DNA of 64,000 nt, taken from NCBI GenBank assembly GCA_950097015.1, contig CATNEN010000025.1:3596001-3660000 (forward strand), read 5' to 3'. A model generated the notes under the pieces. That model made no database searches, was not told where the DNA came from, and worked only from the letters and a program-made list of their open reading frames with translations. Below, in pieces: positions 1 through 12,545 of the stretch (the first letter of the stretch is position 1; every line of letters starts with the position of its first letter). The translations under genes and the position numbers were made by a program. This stretch comes from Macrostomum hystrix (lineage: Eukaryota; Animalia; Platyhelminthes).

Positions 1-966
1 AGAGGGTGAGAGAATGAGAGGGTGAGAGACGGTGAGGGTGAGAGACAGAGAGGGTGAGAGACAGAGAGGGTGAGAGACGGAGAGGGTGAGAGACAGAGAG
101 GGTGAGAGAATGAGAGGGTGAGAGAATGAGAGGGTGAGAGACGGAGAGGGTGAGAGACAGAGAGGGTGAGAGACAGAGAGGGTGAGAGAATGAGAGGGTG
201 AGAGAATGAGAGGGTGAGAGAATGAGAGGGTGAGAGAATGAGAGGGTGAGAGAATGAGAGGGTGAGAGAATGAGAGGGTGAGAGAATGAGAGGGTGAGAG
301 AATGAGAGGGTGAGAAAATGAGATGCTGAGAGTATGAGAGGCTGAGAGAATGAGAGGGTGAGAGAATGAGAGGGTGAGAGAATGAGAGGGTGAGAGAATG
401 AGAGGGTGAGAGAATGAGAGGGTGAGAAAATGAGATGCTGAGAGTATGAGAGGCTGAGAGAATGAGAGGGTGAGAGAATGAGATGCTGAGAGAATGAGAG
501 GGTGAGAGAATGACAGGGTGAGAGAATGAGAGGGTGAAAGAATGAGAGGGTGAGAGAATGAGATGCTGAGAGAATGAGAGGGTGAGAGAATGACAGGGTG
601 AGAGAATGAGATGCTGAGAGAATGAGAGGGTGAGATGCTGAGAGTATGAGAGGGTGAGAGAATGAGAGGGTGAGATGCTGAGAGTATGAGAGGGTGAGAG
701 AATGAGATGCTGAGAGAATGAGAGGGTGAGATGCTGAGAGTATGAGAGGGTGAGAGAATGAGAGGGTGAGAGAATGAGAGGGTGAGAGAGAGTATGAGAG
801 GGTGCGAGATTGAGAGGGTGAGATGCTGAGAGTATGAGAGGGTGAGAGAATGAGATGCTGAGAGAATGAGAGGGTGAGATGCTGAGAGTATGAGAGGGTG
901 AGAGAATGAGAGGGTGAGAGAATGAGAGGGTGAGAGAGAGTATGAGAGGGTGCGAGATTGAGAGGG
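1..966 (+). repeat. 16-bp purine-rich minisatellite (GAGAGGGTGAGAGAAT and variants), runs off the window start
   Basis: Tandem unit seen directly, with variants such as GAGATGCTGAGAGTAT; ends at ~966. Confidence 0.95.
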
Positions 967-1914
967 GGCAGATTTCTAACACGCAATTATCTATCTTCGT
1001 TGCGCAAGATAGATGCCCTGGTAAGTTGCATTTTATGTCTATTTGGTGTCAGTTTGGTGGGAAAGGGTTTAATAGGTATAAAAGGTAGGTCCTTTGTCAA
1101 CCAACCCCATTATTGACAGCCAATAGGAAGCGTCCACAGGAAAGCCACCCCAGAAACTTGTCTAGCTGTATCTCCCGCTCTCTCTGTTTTCCTCCCAACC
1201 TCCTATTTCTTTCCCTGCGCCGGTATAAAGCCCCGGTCCTTGGTCGGCGCCAGTTTTCTCTCTCCTGCTCTCTCATTTCTGTTCTTTCAGTTCTTCCAAT
1301 TGCTAAAGGTTTTTTCTTCCGTCTGTCCGAAAAAAAGACAGATAGAGCTAAATAGAATTCTTAGTTTCACCAAGGCGAGGAGGAACCAATCTAAGCGAAG
1401 GTAATACAGTCCTAGAATTTTCACAATCGAAGGGTCGGCACGCGCTTTTCTTCTGAATAAAAAATAGTTTATAGAAGGTTTATAGTCGCGAGCTCTGTTA
1501 CGCAACTTAGAGAGAAGAGAAGAGAGAGAGCAGCGTGCGAGAGTCACAGTCACAGAGGACACCCCCAAAACATAGCCAGCAGAACAGACCATTTATTCGA
1601 CGCGCATTTTGGTCGAGAATTAGTCTTGATAGTTTAGACTAGAGATTCAGCCATATTTTCAGCATTCTGATCTATCACAATGAGCTCCGGTGAGTTGAAA
1701 TTTGTCTTTTGTTATTTAAATTTTCGAACTCCATCAACTTTGGTACGCAGATATTACATTATTTATATGATATAGGACTTCACCTTAACTCATAATTAGT
1801 TGGATATGCTTTGTTGGGTATGCCATGCAACGCTCCCTAAACTCTCTTTCAATACCCTCAGTGCAGTTTTAAAATTCCCTTCAAAGCGAATCTTCACTCA
1901 CTTAAAGTAAATCC

Positions 1915-2680
1915 TGAATCCCTTGAGAGCAGATCCTCAATCCCTTGAGAGCAGATCCTCAATCCCTTGAGAGCAGATCCTCAATCCCTTGAGAGCAGAT
2001 CCTCAATCCCTTGAGAGCAGATCCTCAATCCCTTGACAGCACATCCTCAATCCCTTGACAGCACATCCTCAATCCCTTGAGAGCAGACTCTCAATCCCCA
2101 GAGAGCAGATCCTCAATCCCTTGAGAGCAGATCCTCAATCCCTTGACAGCACATCCTCAATCCCTTGATAGCAGACTCTCAATCCCCTTAGAGGAGATCC
2201 TCAATCCCTTGAGAGCAGACTCTCAATCCCCTTAGAGGAGATCCTCAATCCCTTAGAGCAGATTCTCAATCCCCTTAAAGCAGATCCTCGATCCCCTTTG
2301 AGGAGATCCTCAATCCCTTAGAGCAGATTCTCAATCCCCTTAAAGCAGATCCTCGATCCCCTTTGAGCAGATTCTCAATTCCCTTTGAGGAGATCCTCAA
2401 TCCCTTGAGAGCAGATTCTCAATCCCCTTAGTGGAGATTCTCAATCCCCATAGAGCTAATATTCAATCACATTAGAGTTAATCCTTAATACATTGAGAGC
2501 CGAACCTCAACCCCTTTCAGAGCAGATCCTAAATCCCCACAGATCCGATCCTCAACCCCTTTAGAGCAGATCCTAAATCCCAAAAAATCCGATCCTCAAC
2601 CCCTTTCAGAGCAAATCCTAAATCCCCACAAATCCGATCCTCAACCCCTTTTAGATCCGAACCCCAATCCTCAATCCTGA
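1915..2680 (+). repeat. 22-23-bp minisatellite (GATCCTCAATCCCTTGAGAGCA)
   Basis: Near-perfect copies on the left that become progressively more degenerate to the right. Confidence 0.93.
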
Positions 2681-3954
2681 GTTTGAGGACAAATGCTTCT
2701 ATCAAATCCTTAATCCTGAAAGTGTTTACGTCGCTGTCCGATCCGTTCTCAACTGGCTAATCAATTTTCGATACCTGGCTAATAAAAGTCGAAATCAATC
2801 ACGTTACTGCATTCAAAATTATTTTTCAGATGAAACTGAGACTGAGTAATTAGTAAAATTTTAGGTATTAAAATTTTCCAATTTAAGAAATTATAAAAAG
2901 CTGCAACAAGATTGCGAGAGTAGACTGCGTCACCGGCCATCTGGTTGCGCAAGCTCCTATTAATCCTCTAATCGTAATTAAGCCCTAAGTGCAATGCCCA
3001 GATACTGTCTGTATTTCGCCTCAGGGTGGAGAAAAAAACGATGAAAGCCGCGTCCCTAAAAGTTCATTCGTTGGGCGGGATTGATAAAAGTGCAAGTTTG
3101 GGGACGGGTTGGCAGAGCATTCAACCAGTCCAGCATCTTATAGTGCTTGAAGCACTAGCCTAACAACAGAAGGGCACGCGCCTGCGTCAAGGGCTGATCG
3201 GGTCGCGAAGGGCGAGAGGTTGGGGGGGCTGTTGGGTAGACGAAAAGTTGGTTTGATTGATATAAAGTTGGCCAAAAGTGCAAGTTGCGGCTTTCGGAAA
3301 GAAATGGGAGCAAACATGGGTGCAGGAAAAAAAGGCTGGTCGCGCGAGGAGCTGAGAAGAAGGGACGAGGTAGAGAAAGTTGCCGCTTTTTTCTTCTGTC
3401 CTGCTTGTCTTCTTGTTTCGGTGCGAGCCTGAACTCATGGGTGACGCATGAGGGGAAGAAGGATACACACACACGCAATGAAACAAGTGCACACGGCTCT
3501 AAGAGGACATTTCTCTTCTTTGGCTTTCCCAGTCGCACCCCAAGTCCCTCTCTAAGGTTGAAGGGCAGGGCTGTCTCGCTGTGCCGTGGATGTGCACTTT
3601 TACAGCTTCCAGAGCTGTCATGTCCTGCTTGTCGGTGTTGCCATGTTGTTTGTCCGATTGCTCAACGCTTTCAATTCAGCATGCTCAAATCTAGGCCTCA
3701 TTGTTCCCCGCCTTGAATAACATTGAATTTTCCCACCTTTGAATAGGCGGATCGCTGCAATGATAGAAAGCAAGCAGAGGCTCGGAAATTCTTTAGAGCC
3801 TAGATAAAAAAGCTTAACTCAGGCTATTTGGCAATTTGTAACTTCATACTTCACTCCTTACTTAAATGAATAGATTAACAGTGCTCTCTTAGAGAACAGA
3901 ATTGAATTACGAGCTAAATCTTAAGGAATCGTTTGTAAGGAAAGGCAACATTAT

Positions 3955-4750
3955 TAATGCTGCTGCCGTTACGACAACAACTACTGCTGCTGCTGCTGCT
4001 GCTGCTACGACAACAACAACTAATGCTGCTGCTGCTGCTACGACAACAACAACTACTGCTGCTGCTGCTGCTGCTACGACAAAAAATAATGCTGCTGCTG
4101 CTTCTGCTGCTGCTACGATAAAAATTAATGCTGCTGCTGCTGCTGCTTCTGCTGCTACTGCTGCTGCTGCTTCTACGACAACAACAACTACTGCTGCTGC
4201 TGCTGCTGCAATGAAAACTACTACTACTGCTGCTGCTGCTGCTAAGACAACAATTACTGCTGCTGCTGCTGCTGCTACGACAACAATTAATGCTGCTGCT
4301 GCTGCTGCTGCTGCTACGACAACAATTAATGCTGCTGCTGCTGCTGCTGCTGCTACGACAACAATTAATGCTGCTGCTACTGCTGCTGCTGCTACTGCTG
4401 CTGCTGCTGCTGCTACGACAACAATTAATGCTGCTGCTGCTGCTGCTGCTGCTGCTACGACAACAATTAATGCTGCTGCTGCTGCTGCTGCTGCTGCTAC
4501 GACAACAATTAATGCTGCTGCTGCTGCTGCTGCTGCTACGACAGCAATTAATGCTGCTGCTACTGCTGCTGCTACTGCTGCTGCTGCTGCTGCTGCTGCT
4601 ACGACAACAATTAATGCTGCTGCTGCTGCTGCTGCTACTACGACAACAATTAATGCTGCTGCTGATGCTGCTGCTGCTACTGCTGCTGCTGCTGCTGCTA
4701 CGACAACAACAACTGCTGCTGCTGCTGCTGTTGTTGTTGTTGTTGTGATT
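3955..4750. repeat. Compound (GCT)n/(ACA)n repeat with a ~36-39-bp higher-order unit (ATTAAT-(GCT)n-ACG-ACA-ACA)
   Basis: Seen directly; it explains the overlapping poly-Ala/Thr, poly-Leu and poly-Ser ORFs in the track. Confidence 0.92.
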
Positions 4751-5496
4751 GCTGGTCGGAATTGAATCCCCGAGCCACTGAACAAAGCGAACTACGCGCC
4801 TGCAACATGGCACAGTCGGGCGTCATTGTCCTGCCTACGCCAGAAAACTTCTCAAAAAGGGGAATGCTGGCTCAGCTTGCGCAATGGTCCACCGGGTTCA
4901 ACAGACGGACCAGGATTCCGGCGTTCGTGTCTTTGACCAGAGGACCTTCCACCCGACACCTTACAGTCCAGCTCCGGCGGCCAGCCCAGATGGGGTCTAG
5001 CTGGAGTCTGGAACTGCTCGGAGGTCAACCGCAAGCCGGCCTGCTGCTGCTGCTACAACTATACTGCTACTTGCTGCTGCTTCTGCAGCTAGTGCTGCTG
5101 CTACTACTACTACCGCTACTGCTGGTTATGATGATGACGATGATGAAGCCAATACAATCGACCAGCATCGTTTCAAATAGCCAAATAGCCGATTGTCCGG
5201 GGCACTGTTGGCAGTAATCTCCCCTCCCTCTCGCTCCTCTCTCTCATCCAGGCACCTGCCCTGGATTCCATGCACACACACACACACGAGTGCACTCTGC
5301 GGCTCTTTTAGGATCAGGCGGTTCGTTCATTCCCTTCTTCTGGCTGGCCTCGTTCGGGTCAATTCAGGTCAAGGCGAAACAGAGGGGGCGCGCACCGGCG
5401 AGAGTAAGAGAGAGAGAGAGGCAGCGAGATAGGCGATGGGGAGGGCGGCCTGGAGACAACCCACCCAGTGCAGTGTGAGGTCACGGCCAATGGCGA

Positions 5497-7422
5497 ATGC
5501 CACTCCAGAGTCTCCCCGCGCCACCCCCACCCAGCAGCCCCCGGTCCGCCCACCACAGCTGCTGCGAATGCAGGAGGGAGGAAGGTAAGAGGAGTTGGAG
5601 GGGTTGGTTGCACTTTTGTGTTCAACACTTCAGAACTGACGCTGGCCTGGATGAGTAGGACATTCTCGAGCCAGTGAGAACTTTATAAAACTTTTTTTCA
5701 ACCTAAGTTAACGATTTTGATTGCTGATGATTACAATTGAGTGATTTTTCTGACTATAAATTCCTGTCTACATTCTTATCCATCTGAATTCATTACCATT
5801 GATCCATTTTATTTATCTCTTCTCATCCTTATACGCCGCTATCCATTCCTATCCGTCACTATCCATTCCTCTCCGTAATTATCCATTCCTATCCGTCACT
5901 ATCCATTCCTCTCCGTAATTATCCATTCCTATCTGTCACTATCCATTCCTACCCGACTCTTTCCATTCCTATCCGTCACTATCCATTCCTATCCGTCACT
6001 ATCCATTCCTATCCGTCACTATCCATTCCTATCCGTCACTATCCATGATCCATTCACTATACATTCCGCAGATTCTTCAGCTCGTCAAGCCGCTGCCCCA
6101 GCTGATGAAGGCGCCGTTGGTGGCGAAGCCGTTGGCGCGGCCGGTGGCGCAGTCGGTGTCGCAGCGGGCGGTCCTCCCAGACGTGCCGGACGAGTGAAGT
6201 GGTTCAACGTGGCTAAAGGATTCGGCTTTGTGACACCTGACGACGGAGGGACCGATGTATTTGTTCACCAGGTTAGTTGGGGACTTATAATAGTCTTTGA
6301 GACTAATATAAAATTTTTCGTTGCAGAGGGGCTCTGAAACAGTCAGCGAGGAGGCAATTCTGCCCATTCCGCTTCCTGCACACACACAGATACTGTACGC
6401 AGGCACAAGCTCACACAGGTGTGTACATCTGCCCTGACTTTCTCATTGTCAGGCAGTGTACATTTTCACCGTGCCTTGGAGTTTGATCATCAAGGGCGTG
6501 AAGTGACGACAAGCACAAATGAATGCTTGCCGCGGAGTCGAGCTTCAGTCAGACTCGAATTTGTCTCGAATTTCAGTCGGCCGTCCAGATGCAAGGCTTC
6601 CGCAGTCTTGGCGACGACGAGCGAGTTGAGTTTCTGGCGCAGCCGGCGGCGCGCGGTGAGGAGGCGACCCTGGTCTGCGGTCCTGGCGGCGCCGACTGCA
6701 TTGGTAGCCACCGGCGCCCCATGGGAAAGAAGAAGCGACGGGTCAGGTGAGACTGAAATGGGAGAAAACTATACAGGTAGCTAAGGAAGATACAAGAGAG
6801 AGGGAGAGGGGCGAGTGTAGAGCGGTCTAACGCGTTTGCCTCTCGCACCAAGGTCCCTGAGCTCGATTCCGCGGCGAGGCCACATTCATTTGGGGGCGCA
6901 GCCGAGGAGAGAAGGCTTGGGGGCTTGTCCTTCAATTTATGCCCTTGAAGGCCAACCTTCAAGGCACAGTGAAGTATACACTGCCTGACGATGAGAAAGT
7001 CAGATGTACACAACTGTGTATGCCTGAGTACGGTATCCATGTGCGTGTATGCTCAGGAGTCAGCGGAATGGGCAGAATTGCTTCCTCGCTGGCTGCGGTT
7101 CCACCGTCACCAAATGATGTGCCATTGCCCACAGCCCTCCTGCAATTATTATTAAGGGAGAGACAGCTTAGGTGGTGGGACATCTAAGACATGAGCCTCG
7201 TTAGACCGAGTTCTAAGTCTGCCGCATCGCCCTGTCAGGTGCTACAACTGCGGCCAATTCGCCGATCACGTCGCCGCAGAGTGTCCGTCCGGCCCGATGC
7301 CGAAATCCTGCTATCACTGCCGCGGCGACGACCACCTGGTTGCCGACTGTCCCAGACGTCAGGGAGGAGGCGGCAGCGGAGGTGGGGATGCATCCGGAGT
7401 ATCGTCTGGACATTCTGGCTGA
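5497..7422 (+). CDS. LIN28: Lin-28 RNA-binding protein (cold-shock domain plus two CCHC knuckles), 213 aa; exons 5497-5584, 6072-6271, 6577-6746, 7239-7422
   Basis: Spliced translation gives [27 protein letters not shown]|[19 protein letters not shown]...KKRRVR|[15 protein letters not shown]...[14 protein letters not shown]. All introns are GT-AG with matching phases, and the VHQ|S and R|C intron positions match those I recall for animal Lin-28. Exon 1 and the start codon are less certain. Confidence 0.95.
5827..6045 (+). repeat. 20-bp minisatellite (ATCCGTCACTATCCATTCCT) in Lin-28 intron 1
   Basis: About 10 tandem copies ending ~25 nt before the exon 2 acceptor. Confidence 0.92.
6335..6420 (-). 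mobile_element. Partial copy of SINE family A (body segment) in Lin-28 intron 2
   Basis: Reverse complement reads GCGGAATGGGCAGAATTGCCTCCTCGCTG, matching 7064-7092 and 15676-15704. Confidence 0.7.
6808..7170 (+). mobile_element. tRNA-derived SINE, family A, in Lin-28 intron 3
   Basis: tRNA-like head (TAGAGCGGTCTAACGCG as A-box, GAGCTCGATTCC as B-box), body CATTCATTTGGGGGCGCAGCCGAGGAGAGAAGGCTTGG and tail GCCCACAGCCCTCCTGCAA, all shared with other copies in the window. Confidence 0.8.
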
Positions 7423-8364
7423 AGATAAGCAGCTGCATGGTTAGTGGCTGGCTCAGATCTTCAGTGTTGTAAATAGTGAGAATGGTCCTTGGTATAAAAT
7501 CAATATTTTTTGTACAATTCCAAGAATACCTGATAGTCAATGTTTTACTAATTTACTGAATTTTATTATCATCTTCAAAATAGGTGTTAGGAAATTGGTT
7601 GCATTGCACCTCACGGTAATTAGGCAATAATGAAGCTGTATTGTGTCGTAGCTAAAACTGTATATTGAAATTTATAAAAACGTAAGATTTAGACTGAGTA
7701 GTAACCAGGTAATATTTTGATTGGAATGACGCCATCTTCAACTAGAGGGTGGCTGGAATGGAATGCATTATTTGAAAGTCATAGGATTTTTTCGCTTGCT
7801 TAATACGCATATATTCTCAAGCTTTTAACAAACCTTGCAAAAAAATAACTGAGCTTACAATATTCATTTTTCGATGCACAAGAAACTTTTTTTGTTTATA
7901 CTACGAGTATTATTAAAATGCTAGCTTCTTTCACTTGTTGTTGAAAAAGAAACAAAACAAAAGCTAAAATTAACACACGCTCCGGACCTCAAAAAAATAA
8001 TTTTTGCATTATAATTTAGCAAGAATTTATTTTGCTCCCTACATCCCAAGCTAGTATTTGCAACAGTCGGACCTCAGCAGCTGAGCGCGGGTAGCCAGCA
8101 GCGCATTTTTGTGTCACGTTGAACGCGCGCTGCCCGTATTTTCTTGTCTAAGTTTTATTCATTGTCTTTTTATTTCGCCTCTATGTGAAAGTCCATAGCC
8201 ATTGAACGACTGTCCCCCCATCACCTTTTACAAATTGGTAGGAGTGCCAATTACTGTGCAATATAGATTACTCAAAGCAGAATCAGTTAATGCGAATATC
8301 TGTTCTACTATTATAACCATAATTGGTACTATTTTTGTGCATTTCGCTAGCCGCTCTTTGTTCC

Positions 8365-8780
8365 CATAGCAACGGGGGGGCTTCCCTTTGAAATCGGATT
8401 CATGGATACCTGATACCGGCTTGAGTTTCTCACGGATTTTCACAGTAACGATCGTGTTTCTCTTTGGCTTCACATAGCAACGGGGTGTATCCCCTGGAGT
8501 TTCACATTACAATGGGTGTTTCCCTTGAAGTTTTACATAGCAACAGGTGTTTCGCTTGGATTTTCACATAGTAACGGGTGTTTCCCTTGGAGTTTCACAT
8601 AGCAACGGGTGTTTCCCTTGGAGTTTCACATAGCAACGGATTTATCCCCTGGAGTTTCACATGACAGCAGGTGGTTCGCTTAATATTCACATAGCTATTG
8701 GTGCTTCCCATGGAGTTTCACATAGCAACGGGTGTTTCCCATAGTTTCACATAGTAACTAGTGTTTACCTTGGAGTTTGA
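8365..8780 (+). repeat. Degenerate 31-bp minisatellite (CATAGCAACGGGTGTTTCCCTTGGAGTTTCA)
   Basis: Period of 31 measured between 8598 and 8629; copies are diverged. Confidence 0.88.
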
Positions 8781-10917
8781 CCGTATGAAAAGCCACAACA
8801 GTTGCTAGGCAAACATGATAGCGGCTAGCGCACCCCTATTATATTCAGTTATAATGTTTTTCAGGTGTTTAAAATGCGCTTTGTTGCAGCACTTATTTGA
8901 TGTGGAGTAAAAACTAACTTTTTTAAGAAACATGTTACAAAAACATTTTGTTTTAGTCGAATCAACAGAAGACAGAGAGGCAATTAAAGCTGTGAGCATC
9001 TCTCTGCCGTGGGTGGGTTGTGTACTAAATTTGGGTAAATTTGTCTCTATCCGGCTATCCGGAAAAAATTGCTTATCCGATACGGAACGGTTATTCTTAG
9101 AAAATCTCGAATCCTAGGCCGCTTTGAAGTCAAACGGCCCCTACTCAACGATTAGGGCGCTCTGCCGTCACAGTCTTCAAAAATTTGGGGCTAAAAATCG
9201 TCTTTGAGACAAGCCAGCGCCGCGGGTGCCAATTATTTTGGGCCCGCTTGATAATTTCTAATGATTTACCTGAAAAAGATAAACGCTGAGAAGTGGCGAT
9301 TTTCTTTTTTTTTTGGCGGGTGCATGGCGATTATCTTGCAGCAAAATAGCGAAATCTTAGATGCGTTTTTCTAACTTTGTGTGTATTCAATCTGCAGCTA
9401 GACTTTAATAAATTATCATGTTTTTTCCCTACGGTGCGCAGCTCTCGACAGGCATCGAATGATTTTGAGCGACTCTAACCCATATAGTCTGGGTATGTCT
9501 ATGGCCCAAAGTTATGGACAGTTTAGCATAATAGATTTTCGCAAGTGAATGGCCATAGACATTCAGGGAGTGAAATTATCGGCCTTCATTTGCAGATCCC
9601 AAAATTACCCTCCAAAATGAAACAAAGTATGTCATGCTTCAACATCTGCCAACATCTATTACGCAAAATGCCACTTTAGGGCCATAGACTAAAACTGAAT
9701 TTCTAGCGCGGCTAATATATATTAGCAGCCTGTCTTTTTTGCAGTAGAGTAATGATACATTTTAAGTTTGCCAGCTTTTATACTCTACAATTTTTACTAA
9801 CATTGTTGTGTACAAAAAGACAACAGAATCACCTTAAACCAAGCAAAAGATATACCTCACTTTTTGTTATTTTTTAAGATATGAAACGCCCCAGTACTGC
9901 CTCAATTCAAGACCATTGTTCGTTTTTATCTTCCACCCGCAAAGTTCTACCAATTATGTACTCGGCTCAGATGTGCTCTCGATTTCAAAAAGTTTAAAAA
10001 ATACTTGTTTATTCTAATTTTTATTATGTTTAAATGTTTGCACAGCTACCTCTAACCGGGCAAATGTGTTCCGGAATTTTCCGAAGCAGTTATTGTTTCT
10101 TGCAACACCCCCGAATCTGTTTATCAGAAGCTTTCGCAAGAATGTACTTCAGAAAATGTATTCTTTCTTCAGCTGAACGTGACACTTAATCAGTGTTTTT
10201 CTTCCTCTCTTAAATTGGAATTTGATAATTTGTTTAAATACTATTTTTCGCTCTAGCAAATACTTTAAATTGTACACTTTCACAAATTTGTCATTTGTCT
10301 AAAACTGGAAATCCTTAATGAACAGTGGAAAAACACCAAAATATACGTACATTTCAAGTCCAGTGCTATAAAATATATCCGTTCTTAGTGAAACAGGTAT
10401 ACAAAAGATTCTGCTTTAAACTTTAATTTATCGAGAAAGTGTATCGTCTTACATTTTTGTCGATTTACTTTAATGATTTAGATTGCTGTTTATAAAATGC
10501 AGGTAAAATAGTTCTTTTGCTATCGTAGTGAATGCCTCGTTCCCGGCAGAAATACTCGCAATGACAAACCACTGTCATCACCAAGGTATCACTTTTGCTG
10601 TCGTTTATCACTCACAAATCTCATTTCTTCCATCTCATCTCTCCCGTGCCTTATCTATCCCGTGTTTTCATCCATCTCGATCGTGTATTATCTCCCGTAT
10701 CTGATCTCTCCCGAGAATCAGCATTGTACGCCGATTAGCGCCAGAAATATCTGCATACGCATTCAGCACAGTGTTGTCCAAGATGGGCATTTAAAACAAA
10801 AGACAAAAGAAAATTGTTTCTGGCCAGGGTAATCGATTTCGTGTGAAGCAAAATTCATAGCATTTCAGGAACGTGAAACAGCAGAACTTGCACCTGCTAC
10901 TAGTTAGGTCTAGCTAT

Positions 10918-12545
10918 GTTCCTTCTGTATCTGATGCAACTCAAATCTCGGTTCCTTCTGTATCTGATGCAACACAAATCTCAGTTCCTTCTGTATCTGA
11001 TGCAACTCAAATCTCGGTTCCTTCTGTATCTGATGCAACACAAATCTCAGTTCCTTCTGTATCTGATGCAACTCAAATCTCAGTTCCTACTGTATCTGAT
11101 GCAACTCAAATCTCAGTTCCTCCAGAACCGGAGGCAACTCAAATCACAGTTCCTACTGTATCTGATGCGACTCAAATCTCAGTTCCTCCAGAACCTCAGG
11201 CAACACAAATCACAGTTCCTACTGTATCTGATGCGACTCAAATCTCAGTTCCTCCAGAACCTCAGGCAACACAAATCACAGTTCCTACTGTATCTGATGC
11301 AACTCAAATCTCAGTTCCTCCAGAACCTCAGGCAACTCAAATCTCAGTTCCTCCAGAACCGGAGGCAACTCAAATCTCAGTTCCTCCAGAACCGGAGGCA
11401 ACTCAAATCACAGTTCCTACTGTATCTGATGCGACTCAAATCTCAGTTCCTCCAGAACCTCAGGCAACACAAATCACAGTTCCTACTGTATCTGATGCAA
11501 CTCAAATCTCAGTTCCTCCAGAACCTCAGGCAACTCAAATCTCAGTTCCTCCAGAACCGGAGGCGACTCAAATCTCAGTTCGTCCAGAACCGGAGGCAAC
11601 TCAAATCTCAGTTCCTTCTGTATCTGATGCGACTCAAATCTCAGTTCCTCCAGAACCGGAGGCAACTCAAATCTCAGTTCCTTCTGTATCTGATGCGACT
11701 CAAATCTCAGTTCCTTCTGTATCTGATACGACTCAAATCTCAGTTCCTCCAGAACCGGAGGCAACTCAAATCTCAGTTCCTTCTGTATCTGATGCAACTC
11801 AAATCTCAGTTCCTCCAGAACCGGAGGCAACTCAAATCTCAGTTCCTCCAGAACCGGAGGCAACTCAAATCTCAGTTCCTCCAGAACCGGAGGCAACTCA
11901 AATCTCAGTTCCTCCAGAACCGGAGGCAACTCAAATCTCAGTTCCTTCTGTATCTGATGCGACTCAAATCTCAGTTCCTCCAGAACCGGAGGCAACTCAA
12001 ATCTCAGTTCCTCCAGAACCGGAGGCAACTCAAATCTCAGTTCCTACTGTATCTGATGCGACTCAAATCTCAGTTCCTCCAGAACCGGAGGCAACTCAAA
12101 TCTCAGTTCCTTCTGTATCTGATGCGACTCAAATCTCAGTTCCTCCAGAACCGGAGGCAACTCAAATCTCAGTTCCTCCAGAACCGGAGGCAACTCAAAT
12201 CTCAGTTCCTACTGTATCTGATGCGACTCAAATCTCAGTTCCTCCAGAACCGGAGGCAACTCAAATCTCAGTTCCTTCTGTATCTGATGCGACTCAAATC
12301 TCAGTTCCTTCTGTATCTGATGCGACTCAAATCTCAGTTCCTCCAGAACCGGAGGCAACTCAAATCTCAGTTCCTTCTGTATCTGATGCGACTCAAATCT
12401 CAGTTCCTCCAGAACCGGAGGCAACTCAAATCTCAGTTCCTACTGTATCTGATGCAACTCAAATCTAAGTTCCTCCAGAACCTCAGGCAACACAAATCTC
12501 CGTTTTTACCATAGAAATCAAGGTTCCTACTGTACCTGATGCAAC
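10918..12545 (+). repeat. 33-bp tandem array with two interspersed unit types; open frame encodes (S/T)VSDATQISVP and PEP(E/Q)ATQISVP repeats
   Basis: Constant 21-bp part (GCAACTCAAATCTCAGTTCCT) plus a 12-bp variable part. ORF 10873-12468 (GTG start) ends at a TCA-to-TAA change inside a repeat unit. Confidence 0.93.

Noticed and set aside
3140-3720. Cluster of overlapping 70-140-aa ORFs
   Set aside because: No recognisable motif and no consistent splice structure; low-complexity GA/CT composition explains the open frames.
6191-6271. Bacterial cold-shock protein gene or horizontal transfer
   Set aside because: The domain is split by spliceosomal introns and joined to CCHC knuckles, as in animal Lin-28.
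6812-6885. Functional tRNA gene
   Set aside because: The anticodon stem does not pair, the B-box is degenerate (GAGCTCG), and the sequence continues into a body shared by dispersed copies, which indicates a SINE head.
6984-7002. Hammerhead ribozyme core (CTGACGA...GAAA) in SINE family A
   Set aside because: No stem II closing pair and no convincing stems I/III; not conserved in the 36575-36963 copy.
6742-7241. 8-bp direct repeat GTCAGGTG at both ends of Lin-28 intron 3, suggesting intron gain by insertion
   Set aside because: The R|CYNC phase-2 position matches the vertebrate LIN28 intron as I recall it, so the intron is probably ancient and the repeat reflects splice consensus plus coding sequence.
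10918-12545. CRISPR-like layout (constant 21 bp plus variable 12 bp)
   Set aside because: The variable parts come from only 2-4 recurring variants rather than unique spacers; there are no cas genes and the context is eukaryotic.
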